Positions 19,377-28,099 of a stretch of 64,000 nt of DNA are shown here, in pieces (position 1 is the stretch's first letter; every line of letters begins with the position of its first letter). The translations under genes were made by a program, and so were the position numbers. Origin of the DNA: Candidatus Methanomethylophilaceae archaeon (GTDB lineage Archaea > Thermoplasmatota > Thermoplasmata > Methanomassiliicoccales > Methanomethylophilaceae); assembly GCA_017461225.1 (NCBI GenBank), contig JAFTYV010000021.1:46556-110555 (forward strand). The letters are read 5' to 3'. The notes beneath the pieces were generated by a model. The model ran no database searches. It was not told the origin of the DNA and saw only the letters and a list, made by a program, of their open reading frames with translations.

Positions 19377-19729
19377 ACGGTTTCCTCCTTTTTCAGGGCG
19401 TAAACGACCCCGAGAACAAGAATTCCGAAGAACATGATCATCAGGAGCTGTGCGTTGAGCGAAAGCCCAGAGAATGCCACAGCCCAGATCATCAAGAATG
19501 TCGCGACCAGGTCAAATACCACGAAAATGAGCGCAAATGCGTAGTACTGGAACCTGAACTGGACGTGAGCTTCTCCAATAGGAACCGAACCGCACTCGTA
19601 GGTTGTCTCCATCCACTGAGTGGGTTTCTTGGGCCTAATGAACCTTGATGCCCACCATGCCAAAGGTGCGAATCCGAGAGCGAGAATGCTCACTATCGCT
19701 AATGGCATGTAGTACACAATTAGTGACAT
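19367..19729 (-). CDS. fpoA: Fpo/Nuo-like subunit A
   Basis: TYECGSVP, QYYAFALIFVVFDL; first gene of the operon. Start MSLIVYY at 19729. Confidence 0.92.
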   Translation of the reverse strand: MSLIVYYMPLAIVSILALGFAPLAWWASRFIRPKKPTQWMETTYECGSVPIGEAHVQFRFQYYAFALIFVVFDLVATFLMIWAVAFSGLSLNAQLLMIMFFGILVLGVVYALKKEETVWI

Positions 19730-19775
19730 TGGTCGCGAGCATGAACTGTAAGTACATAAAGCTTCCACCACGCGT

Positions 19776-19784
19776 AATTATATA
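19776..19784 (-). promoter_or_regulatory. Probable TATA box of the fpo operon
   Basis: Minus strand reads TATATAATT about 47 nt upstream of the fpoA ATG, in the divergent fpoA/proC spacer. Confidence 0.5.
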
Positions 19785-19864
19785 GTAAAGGGAAATCGGA
19801 AGCGTTTTCCGACAGACGTCGAACGAAGCCAGCCTTTATTAACAGGCAACGCGAATCGAAAGCC

Positions 19865-20671
19865 ATGGCATTCAGAATAGGCTTCATCGGAGCGGGGAAG
19901 ATGGCGGAGGCCCTGATCGGCGGCCTCCTGGCGAAGGGGGTCTTCACCAGGGAGGAAATCGTCGCATGCGCCCCGAGCGAGGGGACGCGCAGGCACATCG
20001 GGGACACCTACGGTGTGGCGGTGTACCCCCGTGCGGCGGACATCGTTCCCCTGGCGGACATCCTCGTCCTGGCGGTCAAACCCAAGCAGGTGGACGGGCT
20101 CTTCACCGGGGAGGGTGTGGCCATCGGCCCCGGCAAGACCGTCCTCAGCCTGGTCGCGGGACTGTCCATCTCGAGACTGAAATCATATGTGCCAGATGGT
20201 AAAATTGTGAGGGTCATGCCCAACCACTGCTGCATGGTTCTGGAGGGTGCGATGGGCTACACCTGCGACGACTCCATGGACGGGGACGAGAGGTCCGAGG
20301 TGGCCCGCATCCTCGGTTCGGTCGGGTTGGCCGTGGAGGTCCAGGAGACCTACATGGACGCCATCACGGGCATCGCAGGGAGCTCCCCCGCCTTCATGTA
20401 CCTCGTCATAGACGCCATGGCGGACGCGGGGGTCCTGAACGGACTGTCCCGTAAGGATTCGATAGAACTGGCTGCTCAGTCAATGCTCGGTGCCGCCAAG
20501 ATGGTGTTGGAGACGGGCAAGCACCCGGATGTCCTCAGGGACGAGGTGTGCTCCCCCGGAGGGACCACCATCGAGGGCGTGAGGACCCTAGAAGACATGG
20601 GACTCCGTTCCGCGGTGATCGCCGCTGTGGACAACACCGTCGCGAAATCCCGCAGGATGTCCGGCAACTGA
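19865..20671 (+). CDS. proC: Pyrroline-5-carboxylate reductase
   Basis: IGFIGAGKMA, AVKPKQ, RVMPN, GSSPAF, CSPGGTTIEG. Confidence 0.96.
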   Translation: MAFRIGFIGAGKMAEALIGGLLAKGVFTREEIVACAPSEGTRRHIGDTYGVAVYPRAADIVPLADILVLAVKPKQVDGLFTGEGVAIGPGKTVLSLVAGLSISRLKSYVPDGKIVRVMPNHCCMVLEGAMGYTCDDSMDGDERSEVARILGSVGLAVEVQETYMDAITGIAGSSPAFMYLVIDAMADAGVLNGLSRKDSIELAAQSMLGAAKMVLETGKHPDVLRDEVCSPGGTTIEGVRTLEDMGLRSAVIAAVDNTVAKSRRMSGN

Positions 20672-20677
20672 TGGGGA

Positions 20678-22402
20678 TCATCTCCTGAAGAACGACTTCA
20701 GGAGACCCATCGCCACCCTGGGCGAGTTGGCCCATATCGAACCGGCATCCCAGTCCAGGTCCTTCTTGTTGCAGACCGTGGAGTTCATCATACGGGTGCC
20801 CTCGTCCTTGGTCTCCCACAACCTGGCCTCGCGCTCCTCCGGATCGGCGATCTTCATGATCTCATCGACCCTGTGCATGAGGTCGCGGGCGAACTCGGTC
20901 CTCTCGCACCTCTCCCTCAGCACGTTGTCGTCTATGCGACCTGCACCGTGCTCCATGCGTGCGAGCTCTATCGCAGCATCGTACGAGATCTCGGCGACGT
21001 CGTCACGGGTCATCCACTCCGTCTCGTAGGACAGGACGTGTTTCCAGGACGGATTGTCCAGGAGGACGCGGTGCTCCTCGAGTGTGCGGGCACGGAGCCT
21101 GTACCCCCACTTCTCCGGCTCCTCGAATACACGGCTCCCCGGATCGACGAAGGGGGCGAAGGGGGCGTTGTAGATGAAGAGCCCGTCATCGCGGTTCACG
21201 GACGCCCACAGCCTCTCCGAGGCGCGGGCGCTGGACAGTGCGGACTCCCTGTCCTGATATGGGAGCCCGTTCATGTAGAACAGGTCGAACCTGCTGCAGC
21301 CGTTGCGGAACGCAGCGGGGATCGTCTTCTCGATCGCCTCGTTGGTGTAGCCCTTCCCGAGTGCCAGCCTGACCTTCTCGTCATGGGAGTCCGGGGAGAA
21401 CTCTATGGACCAGCCGCCGTCGAACGTCCTGTCCAGCTTCTGGAAGTACTCCGGGGTCGCCCCGTTGAACAACTCGACGACCACGTGGTTCTTGATGCGC
21501 TGCTCCCGGCACGCCGCCAGGAAGCGGTCCGCGTAGTCCATGCTGTGCTGCCTCAGGTCGCCGACGATGAATATCGGGGTGTCCAGGTAGGACTGGATCG
21601 TCGCCATGTCCTCGGCGAGCTTCTCGGGGCTCCTGTAGGCGGGGGCCTTCCTGCAGACGACCTTCCCGTTGGCGTAATGGGACCCTCCGCACTCGGCGCA
21701 GTTGATGGAGCAGCCCCTGACGGTGAAGACGGAGGTCAGGGGGAGCTTGTCCCACCCGTACCACGGAAGTGCCCCGGAGATGTCCATGTTGCGCATGACG
21801 CACTTGATCATGGTCCCGTAATCGAACAGGACCTCGTCGAGGGATGTCAGCGAGTGGGTCAGCCCGTTCTCGTGGATCCTGCCCTCGTCGTCCTTCCACG
21901 TGAGGTTCGGGACCTCTGACAGGTCCCCTCCCCTCTGGAGGATCTCCATGAGGCGCACGGTGGGGACCTCCGTGGTGTCCCCGCGCATTACCATGTCCAC
22001 CTCCGGGCGCTCGATGAGCTCCCTGTGGAAGTACGATGACGTCAGACCGCCCAGCTCCACCTTCGAGTTCGGATGGTACTTCTTCACGATCTTCGCGAGT
22101 TCCAGTGCACCGTGCGCATGCGGCATCCAGTGCAGGTCGATGGCGAAGACATCCGCATCCAGACTCCTGATCCTCTTCTCCACGTCGAACCTGTCGCTCT
22201 GGAGCATCTGGACGGCTATGTTCACGATCCTGGTCTTGAAACCGGCGGCCTCCAGGTGACTGGAGATCGTCATGAACCCTATGGGGTACATCTCGAAGAC
22301 GGGGGACGACGGGATTACGTCGCTGACCGGTCCGTAGAATATGGGTTTCTTGCGGAAGTCGTAAACACTGGGAGCATGCATGAAGATGATGTCTGATTTC
22401 AT
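20678..22402 (-). CDS. B12-binding domain radical SAM protein (Ta0216/TIGR04190-like)
   Basis: N-terminal cobalamin-binding region (DLHWMPHAHGA, GGLTSS), CSINCAEC CxxxCxxC motif, SPDSHDE. Confidence 0.82.
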   Translation of the reverse strand: MKSDIIFMHAPSVYDFRKKPIFYGPVSDVIPSSPVFEMYPIGFMTISSHLEAAGFKTRIVNIAVQMLQSDRFDVEKRIRSLDADVFAIDLHWMPHAHGALELAKIVKKYHPNSKVELGGLTSSYFHRELIERPEVDMVMRGDTTEVPTVRLMEILQRGGDLSEVPNLTWKDDEGRIHENGLTHSLTSLDEVLFDYGTMIKCVMRNMDISGALPWYGWDKLPLTSVFTVRGCSINCAECGGSHYANGKVVCRKAPAYRSPEKLAEDMATIQSYLDTPIFIVGDLRQHSMDYADRFLAACREQRIKNHVVVELFNGATPEYFQKLDRTFDGGWSIEFSPDSHDEKVRLALGKGYTNEAIEKTIPAAFRNGCSRFDLFYMNGLPYQDRESALSSARASERLWASVNRDDGLFIYNAPFAPFVDPGSRVFEEPEKWGYRLRARTLEEHRVLLDNPSWKHVLSYETEWMTRDDVAEISYDAAIELARMEHGAGRIDDNVLRERCERTEFARDLMHRVDEIMKIADPEEREARLWETKDEGTRMMNSTVCNKKDLDWDAGSIWANSPRVAMGLLKSFFRR

Positions 22403-22406
22403 CCGA

Positions 22407-23186
22407 TCACTTACCGTAACGTCTCTTGCGCCTCTGGTACGTCCTTATCGCACGCAGGAGATCGATGTACCTGAACCCCGGCCAGTAGACGTCCGTGAAG
22501 TAGAGTTCGGAGTACGCCATCTGCCAGAGCAGGAAGTTGGAGATGCGGACCTCGCCCGACGTGCGCAGGATCAGGTCCGGATCCGGGACACCGTGGGTGG
22601 AGATGAACCCGGACACCATCGCCTCGTTGATGTCGGACACCTTGATCTCCCCATCGACCGCCCGCTGCGCTATCTCGCGGACGGCGTTGGTGATGTCCTG
22701 TCTGCCACCGTATGCGATGGCCATGTTCAATGTGTAGTCGGAGTAGCCGCGGGTGCGGTCCAGGGCGTACTCCATCGCCTCCAGGACGTTGTCCGGGAGC
22801 ATGTCGGGGTCGCCGATGACCTTTATCGCCACCCTCCTGCGGTGGATCTCCGGATCGTCGGCGAACTCGTAGAGGGACTTCTCCAGGAGGTCCATCAGGT
22901 AGTCGACCTCGTCCGGGTCCCTGTTGAAGTTCTCGGTGGAGAACGCGTACACCGTCAGGTTCCTGATGTCCAGGTCGAGGCACCAGTGGAGCACCTCCTC
23001 CAGCTTCTCCCTGCCGAGCCTGTGGCCCTCCATGGGTTCGGTGCCCAGGACCTCCTCGGCGTACCTGCGGTTGCCATCCATTATGACGGCCAGATGGTCG
23101 GGCATGCCGCCCCTGCGGACCTCGCGGTCTATCATCGACTCGTAGGCGGAGTACGCCCTGTCGGTGATCGCACGGGGGACCTCCAT
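22407..23186 (-). CDS. uppS: Cis-prenyltransferase (undecaprenyl diphosphate synthase family)
   Basis: IMDGNRRYA, YAFSTENFNR, YGGRQDI, RTSGEVRISNFLLWQ. Confidence 0.95.
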   Translation of the reverse strand: MEVPRAITDRAYSAYESMIDREVRRGGMPDHLAVIMDGNRRYAEEVLGTEPMEGHRLGREKLEEVLHWCLDLDIRNLTVYAFSTENFNRDPDEVDYLMDLLEKSLYEFADDPEIHRRRVAIKVIGDPDMLPDNVLEAMEYALDRTRGYSDYTLNMAIAYGGRQDITNAVREIAQRAVDGEIKVSDINEAMVSGFISTHGVPDPDLILRTSGEVRISNFLLWQMAYSELYFTDVYWPGFRYIDLLRAIRTYQRRKRRYGK

Positions 23187-23190
23187 CTGA

Positions 23191-24141
23191 TCACTCGAAG
23201 TCCTCGGGTATCCCCGCCGCCCTCTCGCCGAGGTCGAAGCAGCCTATGGCCGCGACGGCACCTATGACGCCCTTCATACCGGTGACGCTGATGATCTGGA
23301 CACCGTTCTCGTCCGCCACCCTCACGGCGTCCTCCGGGGTGTACAGGACGCTCTTGCAGCTCCATCCGAAGTCCCTGAGGGGTTCCGGTATGCGCAGACC
23401 CTGGTACACGGTCAGGACCGTGTCCTCGGAGTAGGACTCCTTCCTGATGAAGTCCACGGCGAACTCGATGAGCGCCGGGACCTCCTCCTCCCTGACCGCG
23501 AAGGACACAGCGGTGGAGCAGCAGTTGGTGGTCTTGTTGGGGGCACGGGGGTTGAGCTGGATGATCTTGTGCTCGATGAACCTCCCGATGGGGCACTCCA
23601 TCCCCAGTCTCAGGGTGGAGACCCACGATGCACCCTTCTCCTTGGTGTCGGTGTCGTCGACGCCTATCACGACACGCACCATCTTGGGGGTGATGATGTC
23701 CACGGTCGCACGGTGGGCACCGCCCATCTTGAAGTCGTCGGGATACTCGGTGCGGATGACGTCGGGGCACTGGGGGATGCACGCGCCGATGCCGACGGAT
23801 GCCCCCGCGATCCCGAACCAGGTCGTGCGGACCTCGTCACCCTCCACGCGGAGGGCGCTGATGCCCTGTCCGCCCATCTCCAGGGAGACGGGCCCGAACC
23901 TGAGCTCCCTCTCGCCGATGATTGTGTCCATGACCAGGGTGTTGGCCCCCAGCCTGATATCCTCTATGACACCGCCGGTACGCTTCCTGTTGACGTAGTC
24001 CCATTCGCTGGGGCCCTTGGCGGAGCACATCTCGATCACCTGTGCTATGCCCGCATCCTCGTCCACGAGGGTCATGAACCCCTTGCAGAACATCCTGCCG
24101 TACCTCTCACGGACCTCGTCGGGCCTCAGAACCTGAACCAT
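23191..24141 (-). CDS. Methanogenesis marker protein 11 (C-terminus related to TiaS N-domain)
   Basis: GPSEWDYVNR, GIAGASVG, GVDDTDTKEKGASW, KTTNCCS. Start MVQVLRP at 24141. Confidence 0.75.
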   Translation of the reverse strand: MVQVLRPDEVRERYGRMFCKGFMTLVDEDAGIAQVIEMCSAKGPSEWDYVNRKRTGGVIEDIRLGANTLVMDTIIGERELRFGPVSLEMGGQGISALRVEGDEVRTTWFGIAGASVGIGACIPQCPDVIRTEYPDDFKMGGAHRATVDIITPKMVRVVIGVDDTDTKEKGASWVSTLRLGMECPIGRFIEHKIIQLNPRAPNKTTNCCSTAVSFAVREEEVPALIEFAVDFIRKESYSEDTVLTVYQGLRIPEPLRDFGWSCKSVLYTPEDAVRVADENGVQIISVTGMKGVIGAVAAIGCFDLGERAAGIPEDFE

Positions 24142-24142
24142 G

Positions 24143-24808
24143 TCACTCATCCTCTTCGTAATCCGGATCGTAATCTTCCGGATCTGCAATCGATATTGCC
24201 TCCGGAGGGACGCTCCTGCACAGGTAGACTGTGCGCGCCGCCCTCCCTATGTCGGAACCCATGTCCATGCACTCGTCCGCATCCACGACCAGGATGACGG
24301 GGTCGTCCACACGGACGGATCCCGCACGGACCGCGTCCCTGTACGTCAGGGACAGATGGACCATGGCACGGTCCGACGGGTATATCCCGGACTCCAGGAG
24401 CAGTTCCGCCTCCTCGGGGGTGGCGGGGTAGAACAGCTCCTCGGGGATGTTCTCGCAGTCGAGCCTTATGTCCAGGGGAATCGTGTGTCCGTACGTGGCA
24501 CGGATCTTGCCGCCGGAGACCACGTACCTCCCCTTGGGGTCCGTGTCGACGAGCGCCTCGATGTGTCTCGTCCTTATCCATCCGGCCATGCGGGAGTTGC
24601 GGTCCTTGACCTTGTTCAGGACGTCGCGCATGGAGACGAAACCCTGGTCGTCCATGGGGAGCCCGTACTTCCCGTGCCTCAGGATGCCCGCGAGGGTGCG
24701 ACCGACCTTCTCGACCTCGTAGTCGGACATTATGAACCTGCCCTCCTCCCCGCAGTACGGACAGCGCTCGCTGCGGTGGTATCCGTGCTCCTCGCATTCG
24801 CGTATCAA
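24143..24808 (-). CDS. kptA: RNA 2'-phosphotransferase (Tpt1/KptA)
   Basis: N-terminal Zn ribbon, AGILRH, KGRY, IRATYGHT, VHLS. Confidence 0.93.
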   Translation of the reverse strand: MIRECEEHGYHRSERCPYCGEEGRFIMSDYEVEKVGRTLAGILRHGKYGLPMDDQGFVSMRDVLNKVKDRNSRMAGWIRTRHIEALVDTDPKGRYVVSGGKIRATYGHTIPLDIRLDCENIPEELFYPATPEEAELLLESGIYPSDRAMVHLSLTYRDAVRAGSVRVDDPVILVVDADECMDMGSDIGRAARTVYLCRSVPPEAISIADPEDYDPDYEEDE

Positions 24809-25695
24809 CTCGATACCTCCAGCGCCCTCTCCGCGGCCTTCACCGCATTGGCCATGAGCATGCAGATCGTCATCGGACCGACACCTCCGGGAACGGGGGT
24901 GATGGCGGACACCTTGTCCTTGACCGCGTCGAAATCGACGTCCCCGACGAGCCTGCTGCCCTTGGGGTGCGTGGGGTCATCCACCCTGTTGGTGCCCACA
25001 TCGATGACCACCGCTCCCTCCCTGACCATGTCGGAGGTGATGAAACGTGGCTTCCCGATCGCGACTATTAGGATGTCCGCCTGCCTGGTTATGGATGCCA
25101 GGTCCTTCGTGCGGGAGTGAACGACCGTGACCGTGGAGTCCGCGCCCAGTCCCTTCTGGACCATCATGGCGGACATCGGTTTGCCGACGATGTTGCTGCG
25201 ACCGACGACCACGACGTGCTTACCCGAGGTCTCGACCCCGGACCTTATCAGCATCTGCTGGACGCCTGCGGGCGTGGCGGGGAGGAAGTCGGGGTTGCCG
25301 ATGAGGACGCGACCCACGTTGGAGGGGTGGAAGCAGTCCACATCCTTGGAGGGGGAGATGGCGTTGATGACCTGCTCCTCGTCCAGGTGGGGGGGCAGCG
25401 GAAGCTGCACCAGGAAGCCGTGTACAGAGGGGTCCTCGTTCAGTTCGCGGACCTTGTCCATGAGCTGCTCCTGCGTCGTGTCCGCAGGCATGCGCACGGT
25501 GACGGAGTGCATCCCCAGTTCCTCGCACATCTCACCCTTCTTCCTCACGTAGACCTGTGAGGCGGGATCCTCGCCGACGAGAACGACTGCAAGCCCGGGC
25601 ACCATGCCCTTGGATTTGAGCGCCTCTATTCTCTGTCTGAGTTCTCCATAGATCTCCCCAGAAACGTCCTTCCCGAGGATGAGGTTCGTAGTCAT
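24805..25695 (-). CDS. folD: Methylene-THF dehydrogenase/cyclohydrolase
   Basis: PGLAVVLVGEDPASQVYV, LVQLPLP, KDVDCFHP, GRSNIVGKP, ITPVPGGVGPMTI. Confidence 0.97.
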   Translation of the reverse strand: MTTNLILGKDVSGEIYGELRQRIEALKSKGMVPGLAVVLVGEDPASQVYVRKKGEMCEELGMHSVTVRMPADTTQEQLMDKVRELNEDPSVHGFLVQLPLPPHLDEEQVINAISPSKDVDCFHPSNVGRVLIGNPDFLPATPAGVQQMLIRSGVETSGKHVVVVGRSNIVGKPMSAMMVQKGLGADSTVTVVHSRTKDLASITRQADILIVAIGKPRFITSDMVREGAVVIDVGTNRVDDPTHPKGSRLVGDVDFDAVKDKVSAITPVPGGVGPMTICMLMANAVKAAERALEVSS

Positions 25696-25805
25696 TTGGT
25701 CACCTGGGCGGTTCAATGCTCGGCAGCCTATATATTTCTTTATTATAGGTCGAACGGGCGGCACGCACGCGTGCCACCGGATGCCCGGGAGCGGTGTGCC
25801 AGAGC

Positions 25806-26588
25806 TCAACGGACCAGGGCGGTCGCCCTGAACCCGCCGTCGAGGATCTCCTCCAGGACCCTGCGGACTGAGTCCGCGTTGGATTCGATCTCGGAACGGC
25901 CCATCGGACCGGTGTCACGACCCTCCACCATGTGCCAGGTATGGGTAGCCAACACGAACTCGTCGGCGTCCGAGGACATGGCGAGGTCGATGTAGTCCTG
26001 CGGGACACGGCGCCCCTCGTGCAACGGCCACAGGTACGCGGCTATCGTCCTGCCCCCACGGTCGGCCCCCTTGGGGACCGGGTGCTCCACCATCCCGTTG
26101 GGGAGCGGGTACGCGCCCACCTCCGGCCCGGCGTAGAACGATGAATCATGCACGATGCCCAGGGATGACACCGCATCAAGGACGCGACCGTCCACTGACA
26201 TGTACGGCGCCCTGAAGCACACCGGACGGGACACGTTGTCGGACACGGCCTCGAACCCCGTGCGCAGGATGCCCTCCAACTGACCGTCGGTCGGACGGAG
26301 CCCGGTGGATGCCCCCGTCAGGTCCTCGTGGTCGTATCCGTGGAACCCTATGCAGTGACCGGATATGCGGGAGCAGTCGACGACCTCGGACGTCCTGCCC
26401 TCGACGAAGAACGTCGCGGTGACCCCCATGTCGTCCAACAGGTCCAGGAGGACCGAGAGGCCGCGGTCCGCGGAGGAGAAACGGGGGGAGTCCCCGGAAC
26501 CGCGGTCGATGGACCCAGCCTCGAACTCGCCTCCGCGGGGGAGGTTCACATCACGGTCCAGGTCCACCGTGAAGATCAGGTCCCTCAT
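25806..26588 (-). CDS. Polysaccharide deacetylase (NodB-homology) family protein
   Basis: FTVDLD, ATFFV, HGYDHE, FRAPY, DSS, THTWH. Confidence 0.78.
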   Translation of the reverse strand: MRDLIFTVDLDRDVNLPRGGEFEAGSIDRGSGDSPRFSSADRGLSVLLDLLDDMGVTATFFVEGRTSEVVDCSRISGHCIGFHGYDHEDLTGASTGLRPTDGQLEGILRTGFEAVSDNVSRPVCFRAPYMSVDGRVLDAVSSLGIVHDSSFYAGPEVGAYPLPNGMVEHPVPKGADRGGRTIAAYLWPLHEGRRVPQDYIDLAMSSDADEFVLATHTWHMVEGRDTGPMGRSEIESNADSVRRVLEEILDGGFRATALVR

Positions 26589-28099
26589 ATGCCGCGGGGC
26601 GACGAGGACACGCGCTTGATCAGCATGCCCTCCACATCCATGGGATGGTACTTCATGGCGGTCTCGCGTGCGCGCTTCAGCTTCGCCTCGCTCTCGGCGT
26701 AGATCGTCAGGAGCTTCTCGCCCGCCTCGACCCTCTGCCCCTTCTTGAGGTGGATGATGAGTCCGGCACCCTTGTCGTTAGGTGCACCGGCCGCCTTGGC
26801 GATTGCGACGATGTCCTTGTTGTGGATCGCGTGGATGTACCCGGACTTCATGGACACGAGGTCGAACGAGTACTTGCCCGGTACGAGGTCGCTGGACTTC
26901 AGGTCGGGCCTGCCACCCTGTGCGACCACGATCTGCATGAACTTCTCGTACGCCGCACCGGACTCCAGGATCTCCCTCGCCCTGACGGCCCCCTCGGGTA
27001 TCCCCGCCATGTCCAGGATGATGCCGGCGCATTCGCAGGCCTTCTCCACGACACTCGCGGGGTGCTTGGAACCCTCCAGGATACTTATGCACTCCCTCGC
27101 CTCCAGCACCGGGCCGACGGCGTTTCCGACCGGCTGGTCGGCGTACGTTATGGCGCACTCCACGTGCATGTCCAGCTTCTCCCCGAGATCCATCAGGTCG
27201 CGGGCGTAGTTGCGGGCCACCTCGAGGGTGGGGACCTTCGTACCGGACCCGGTGGGGATGTCCACCAGGAGGTGGGTCGCACCGACGGCGACCTTCTTGC
27301 TCATGATGGATGCGAGCATCTGCGCACGGGGGTTTATCCCGAGCGGGTGCTCGATGTTGATGACCATGTCGTCGACGGGGGCGAGGTTCATGCCGCCTCC
27401 CCAGGCGAACACACCGCCGATCTCCTCCGAGACCCTCTTCAGCCTGTCCGCATCTATCAGGACGTCGCAGAACGTCTCCACGAAATCGGATGTACCGCAC
27501 GCGCTGCTGATCGCACGTGAGGAGAGCTTCGGGATCATTATGCCCGCTGCGGCCACTATCGACACCACGATGGGCGTGATCTTGTTCCCGGGTATGCCCC
27601 CGAGGCTGTGGAAGTCGAACACGGGCTCCCTGTCGAACTTGATGATCGTACCCGTGTTGGCCATGGCCTTGGTGAAGTGGGCTATCTCCTCGATGTCCAT
27701 GCCGTTTATCTGGAGTGCGGTGAGCCACGCGGAGATCTCGATCTTCGACAGCCTGTTCTCCAGGATGTCCTCGACGATCGCCTCGATCTCCTCCTTCTCC
27801 AGCTTCTCCCTGTCCATCTTCCTGCGGATGGAGCGCACGGAGTCGGGTTTCTGGGAGTACGTCACGCTCACCGTGTCGCCCTCCGCGATGCCGCACTTGG
27901 CCATCACGGACGCGGGAACCATCACGACCCCCTTCTCCACCAGCGTGTCGGACCTGCTGACCAGCACTATGGCCGACCTGGGACCGGACACGGACACGCG
28001 GTCGTTCTCCTGTACACCTATCTCCACGCAGTCGTCGTCGTGCAGAAGGACCGTGGGCTCCGACGAGTCCACATCGTAGTATCTGACTTCCAATCTCAT
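26585..28099 (-). CDS. AMP phosphorylase
   Basis: N-terminal double-psi domain, HSLGGIPGNKIT, PKLSSRAISSACGT, SIMSKK, QPVGNAVGPVLEA. Start MRLEVRY at 28099. Confidence 0.93.
   Translation of the reverse strand: MRLEVRYYDVDSSEPTVLLHDDDCVEIGVQENDRVSVSGPRSAIVLVSRSDTLVEKGVVMVPASVMAKCGIAEGDTVSVTYSQKPDSVRSIRRKMDREKLEKEEIEAIVEDILENRLSKIEISAWLTALQINGMDIEEIAHFTKAMANTGTIIKFDREPVFDFHSLGGIPGNKITPIVVSIVAAAGIMIPKLSSRAISSACGTSDFVETFCDVLIDADRLKRVSEEIGGVFAWGGGMNLAPVDDMVINIEHPLGINPRAQMLASIMSKKVAVGATHLLVDIPTGSGTKVPTLEVARNYARDLMDLGEKLDMHVECAITYADQPVGNAVGPVLEARECISILEGSKHPASVVEKACECAGIILDMAGIPEGAVRAREILESGAAYEKFMQIVVAQGGRPDLKSSDLVPGKYSFDLVSMKSGYIHAIHNKDIVAIAKAAGAPNDKGAGLIIHLKKGQRVEAGEKLLTIYAESEAKLKRARETAMKYHPMDVEGMLIKRVSSSPRGI

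Noticed and set aside
19367-19729. Lower GC of fpoA (roughly 45-50%) as a sign of horizontal transfer
   Set aside because: It is the first gene of an intact operon, and promoter-proximal AT enrichment is a simpler explanation.
19796-19812. TCGGAA-N5-TTCCGA inverted repeat in the fpoA/proC spacer (and CCTATA-N11-TATAGG at 25727-25749)
   Set aside because: The 6-bp arms are too short to call as operators without a second copy.
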